From positions 1,452,768 through 1,516,767 of the forward strand of contig CAVNZM010000003.1 in the NCBI GenBank assembly GCA_963693365.1: a stretch of 64,000 bases of DNA. Direction: 5' to 3'. Below the pieces are notes generated by a model that saw only the letters and a program-made list of their open reading frames with translations, was not told where the DNA came from and searched no databases. Below, in pieces: positions 53,030 through 64,000 of this stretch (position 1 is its first letter; the number at the start of each line of letters is the position of its first letter). This DNA is from Amoebidium appalachense. Lineage: Eukaryota > Protista > Ichthyosporea. The position numbers and the translations under genes are program-made.

Positions 53030-53061
<32 letters not shown>

Positions 53062-53778
53062 CACAGTGTGTGTGTGTGTGGACATGTGTATGTGAGTGTG
53101 TCACCGAGTCCGTGTATGTGCGAAGGTGTGATTACTTGCCCGTTATTACTATATGTGAGTCAATGTGTTCTCCGTGTGGGTGTGATGTGTGCATGCCCTA
53201 TGCGTGGATGCGTATTGGTTATATGCTGTATATGGGGCACTACGTATGTACACGTGCACTCGCATGTGCTCTAATAATACTTCTGTGCCCATAATGATTG
53301 AGAGAGGATACAGAAATTTCCTTTTGCAGCAACAACATTTTAGGGCGGCGAATATCCGGCTTAAATTTGTACCAAATTTATACTAGTAATAAAAAGTTAC
53401 TTTTCTGCTTGACAATGTGATTGTGGGACGAAAAATCAAAGTCCATCGACTCGAGGTCCTGTTTATTTCAAGAACTACAGTATGTGCATTTAGGCCAAAA
53501 TTTAATAGGCATCACAGTCTCTACCTCCCACGTTCTTTAGCTCTCCCTCCGGGACCCTCCCTCTCCCATCCCGTCTCTCCCTCGGACTCACTGTATCCCC
53601 CCCCCCCCCCCCCCCCCCTTCCCCCACCGCCGTCCACTTCTCTTGTCGACTCCCTCGATTGCCTTCCCCCCTCCACCCCCCACCCCTTAAGTTCCCTCCA
53701 GCTTCTTTCTGTCTCCAGGTCCCAGTCTCCTTGCCTACCCCCCCCCCCCCCCCCCTTCCCGCACTCTCGTTCTTTCCC

Positions 53779-53860
<82 letters not shown>

Positions 53861-54352
53861 ACTCTCTCTCTCTGAAGCTCCTTTCGCTCAATCATCCCCC
53901 CCCCCTCTTCTCACACATTCTCTGACACTTCCCCCACCCTCCCATCCCATGGCCTCTATCTCTCTGATTGCATCACAGTGTTGGCGTCCTTCCATGTCGC
54001 ACATCGAACATTAAATGTTCGCACACACACATTGTGCTTGTGTGTGAAAAGTGTGCCGTGTGTGTGTATTTTATGTGTGTGCATGCACGCACGTGTGCAT
54101 GCATGTTCTTCCCAGTTATACTTGCACATACAGTGTCAAATTAACAGACACAACCAGTGTGCCCACAAGTTTCACGTATGGGTTTGGTAGAAAGCCCAGC
54201 TTTCACCACATCATAAAATTCAGCCAATTGCGGTTAGATCTCATTCTATGTTAAACAAGTAGTTATAGCAATCAAGTCGTACCTCAATGCGTGAATGCTG
54301 GGAAGCAAAAGAGCAAAAACCCCTAGATTAAAGGAAGATTTCGATCGTAATT

Positions 54353-61365
<7,013 letters not shown>

Positions 61366-61449
61366 GGATGAGGAAAAACATAAAATGTGTTAGGAAATTT
61401 TCATAAGAAATCCAGTTGGAAACCCCCGCCCCCCCCCCCTCCCCCCTCC

Positions 61450-61483
<34 letters not shown>

Positions 61484-61785
61484 TTCCTTCCTTCTGGAGA
61501 AGAAAACCATAAATTGTGATAGTAGATTTTCATGAAAAATCCATCTAATCCCCCCCCCCCCCCCACCCCCCCTTCCTTAACACTGGCAAGAGCTCAAAAC
61601 ACACACATATATATACCTGCAGTTTTACCGCCACAGGTGCACTTGTGTGGGAAGAAGAGGGAGGGAGACGGGGGGGGGGGGGGGGGGAGAGAGGGAGGGA
61701 GGGAGGGAGGGAGGGAAAGAGAGGGAGGGGGAAGGGGGGAGAGAGAGAGACGGAGAGACAGAGACAGAGAGAGAGAGGGAGGGAA

Positions 61786-61833
<48 letters not shown>

Positions 61834-64000
61834 GAGAGAGAGAGAGGGAGAGGGAGAGAGAGAGAGGGGGGGGGGGGGGGGGAGAGAGAGAGAGAGAGAG
61901 AGAAGAGAAAAGAGAAGAGGAGTGGGAGAGGAGGGGGGGGGAGGGGGAGGGGTTGAGGGAAGAAGAAGGGACGGAGAGAGGGAAAGGGGACGGAGAGAGG
62001 GAAGGAGCGAGGGAGGCGGGCGGGCGGGCGGGAGCGAGGGGGGGGAGGGAAGGAGGGAAGGAGGGAGGGGGGGGGAGGGAGGGAGGGAAGGAGGGAGGGA
62101 GGGAGGGAGCAAGGAAAGACCAAGCGATCAACTCCACTGCCTACATGCCGTACATGTAGCTGCGAGAACAGCACAGTTTCCCAATTACAACAGGGCTGCG
62201 ACATAGCCTACTTGTATTCAACCGAACAGTACAAAAAAGTTTCTGTCAAAGATCTGACCGTTTGCTTACTAACCTAGACTCAGCTTATCCTTAGATCAAG
62301 ATGAATGGCTTCAAGCTAGCTGCACTTACAACCAAAGATAGTTGCGCTTCCAACCAAGTCGCCCGCGGTTTGCAACAGAGTGTACCCCCTCTTATCTTAC
62401 CCTCTCTCCTCTTCGTTAACTCTTCCAGACTCTCTGTCCACCAACTCTGTCCCTCTGTCCCCTGCAAAGGTTGCGTGTGTACAAGCAGTGTACGAGCAGA
62501 GCAAGCAACCGAGTTGAATGGGTGGGCGGGTGTGTGTGTGTATGTGGGAGGTTGGGCGAGGTGGGGGGGAGGGGGAGGGGAAGAGGGGGTTACCAGCCCG
62601 ATGCAGACCCACATGCCAAGGCATGCTTGGCGCTTTTGGTCACATGAGCTCCACCCGAATCCTTTTAACTTGAGATCTCTCTGCTTGCTAGTTAATCCCA
62701 GTACGCGCTTTGTTCCTAAAGCAAACATGCCTTTCCCCCCCCAAAAAGAAAAAGAAAACAATTACTCGTTTTCAATACTAAAGTACGCGTCGGTGTTCAA
62801 CCCTGGGTCCTCTGCTACAAACTATCTCCTGTTTAGACAACCTCTTCCATGTTCCGTGGAAGATGGAAATTTTTGTCTCAGAGCTGTGCCAGAGCACCTG
62901 AACCTTCAAAACATATGCGTATATAGCAATATCTATCTTATTTACTGCTGAATACTTATGCTTTGTCAGTTAAACACTCACATAAACGTGAGATTGTTCT
63001 CATGTTCTATAGCTACAAAAAAAAAAAAACAATCTCAGCCTCCAAGCGTTCGCAGCTCCGTGGCCGCTGTCAGCTGGCTGTGTCGTCATCATGCGGAGCG
63101 AAATTTGAGATAACCGCCGCTAGAAATTTGAGATAGACTATTTCTCGTGAATAAAAAATCCGAGGCTCCATATTCTGCGCGCATGCTGTTGCTGTGAAAA
63201 CTACCCCTTTGTTTTATTTAGGCATCTTTGTGCATAAAGCTCATAACTTATACACAAGTGAATTGAAGCGAAAGCATGCCGCTGCTTGTTTGTATGTACA
63301 TGCAATTGAAACAGTGGCGCAGCACGGCATTTCCTGTATACTTTATCTAGGCCTTTGAGATAGGACGAACAGCTCCAGGTCACCCAATCATCGTGTCGTT
63401 ATTTGTACCACTTTTGGTTAGTTTTGCTTCCGTTTCATTTGTTGGAACTTCAGGAACTAATCCCTACATACTAAAACCGTTTATATTCAAATTTTCTTGT
63501 CATCACTGAAAACAGAGATATCGCCAGAACATGACATATAAATACACATTCTTCTTGTTAAACTTATTATAGCTGTTTATACTACTATAAAAGTTCCTTA
63601 TTCTCAATTTTGAAGCATGAATGTATTTTCTTAGCACCAAAGTGTCAATTCTATTTTAAGGTAAATCGGAATGGCTACAAAGGACACCCATAAGTTGAAG
63701 ATCTGGGGATCTGAACAGAGGCTTGAAAACTGAGACTCCAGCCGCCAGCCAACTCCACCGTTGACGCGTGCTTTGGCAAGCGAGCTGAACTGTGTCAACT
63801 GAACTCAAAGTGAATAATAGTCACCTAACTTGCACCCACATATGTAATGCGCCCAACCATTCTCAAGGTAATAAGAGATAGCGAGCCACAATAGCTCTGA
63901 ATGGACCTCTGTGTGGCTCCTATTCCCAACCTCCCCGAACGAGAACAGAGCTCTTTAGCCACCACCGTTCCCCACATTCACCCCATTTTGTCTTTATTCC

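Overview
Eukaryotic genomic DNA with very microsatellite-rich introns (poly-G/C, CA/GT, GA). Most of the supplied ORFs are translations of these repeats. Left part (about 2.5-13.0 kb): a GC-rich, intronless, decaying virus-like island. It holds a Polinton/adintovirus-type protein-primed family B DNA polymerase gene (reconstructed 8531->~2520, minus strand), split by a miniature LTR element (7405-7973, TSD CCGTA) and a solo LTR (5034-5798, TSD CTCAC). Next come a ~0.36-0.4 kb tandem duplication and a compact cassette: an ankyrin-repeat gene hit by three copies of a small TIR element, a frameshifted GT32 glycosyltransferase and a PPPDE-like cysteine peptidase. The rest contains three intron-rich host genes: a WW+PIN SWT1-like endoribonuclease (minus, 14411-34477), a mitochondrial D-lactate dehydrogenase DLD1/LDHD (plus, 36091-46531) and a DUF1640/FMP32-CCDC90 protein (minus, from 54353). 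A repeat-containing pseudogene lies at 48-50 kb. CGC/GCG trinucleotides are selectively depleted or decayed in parts of the window. This suggests context-specific CG methylation like that described for the ichthyosporean Amoebidium, but the host identity is an inference. Exon boundaries were read by eye and are approximate.
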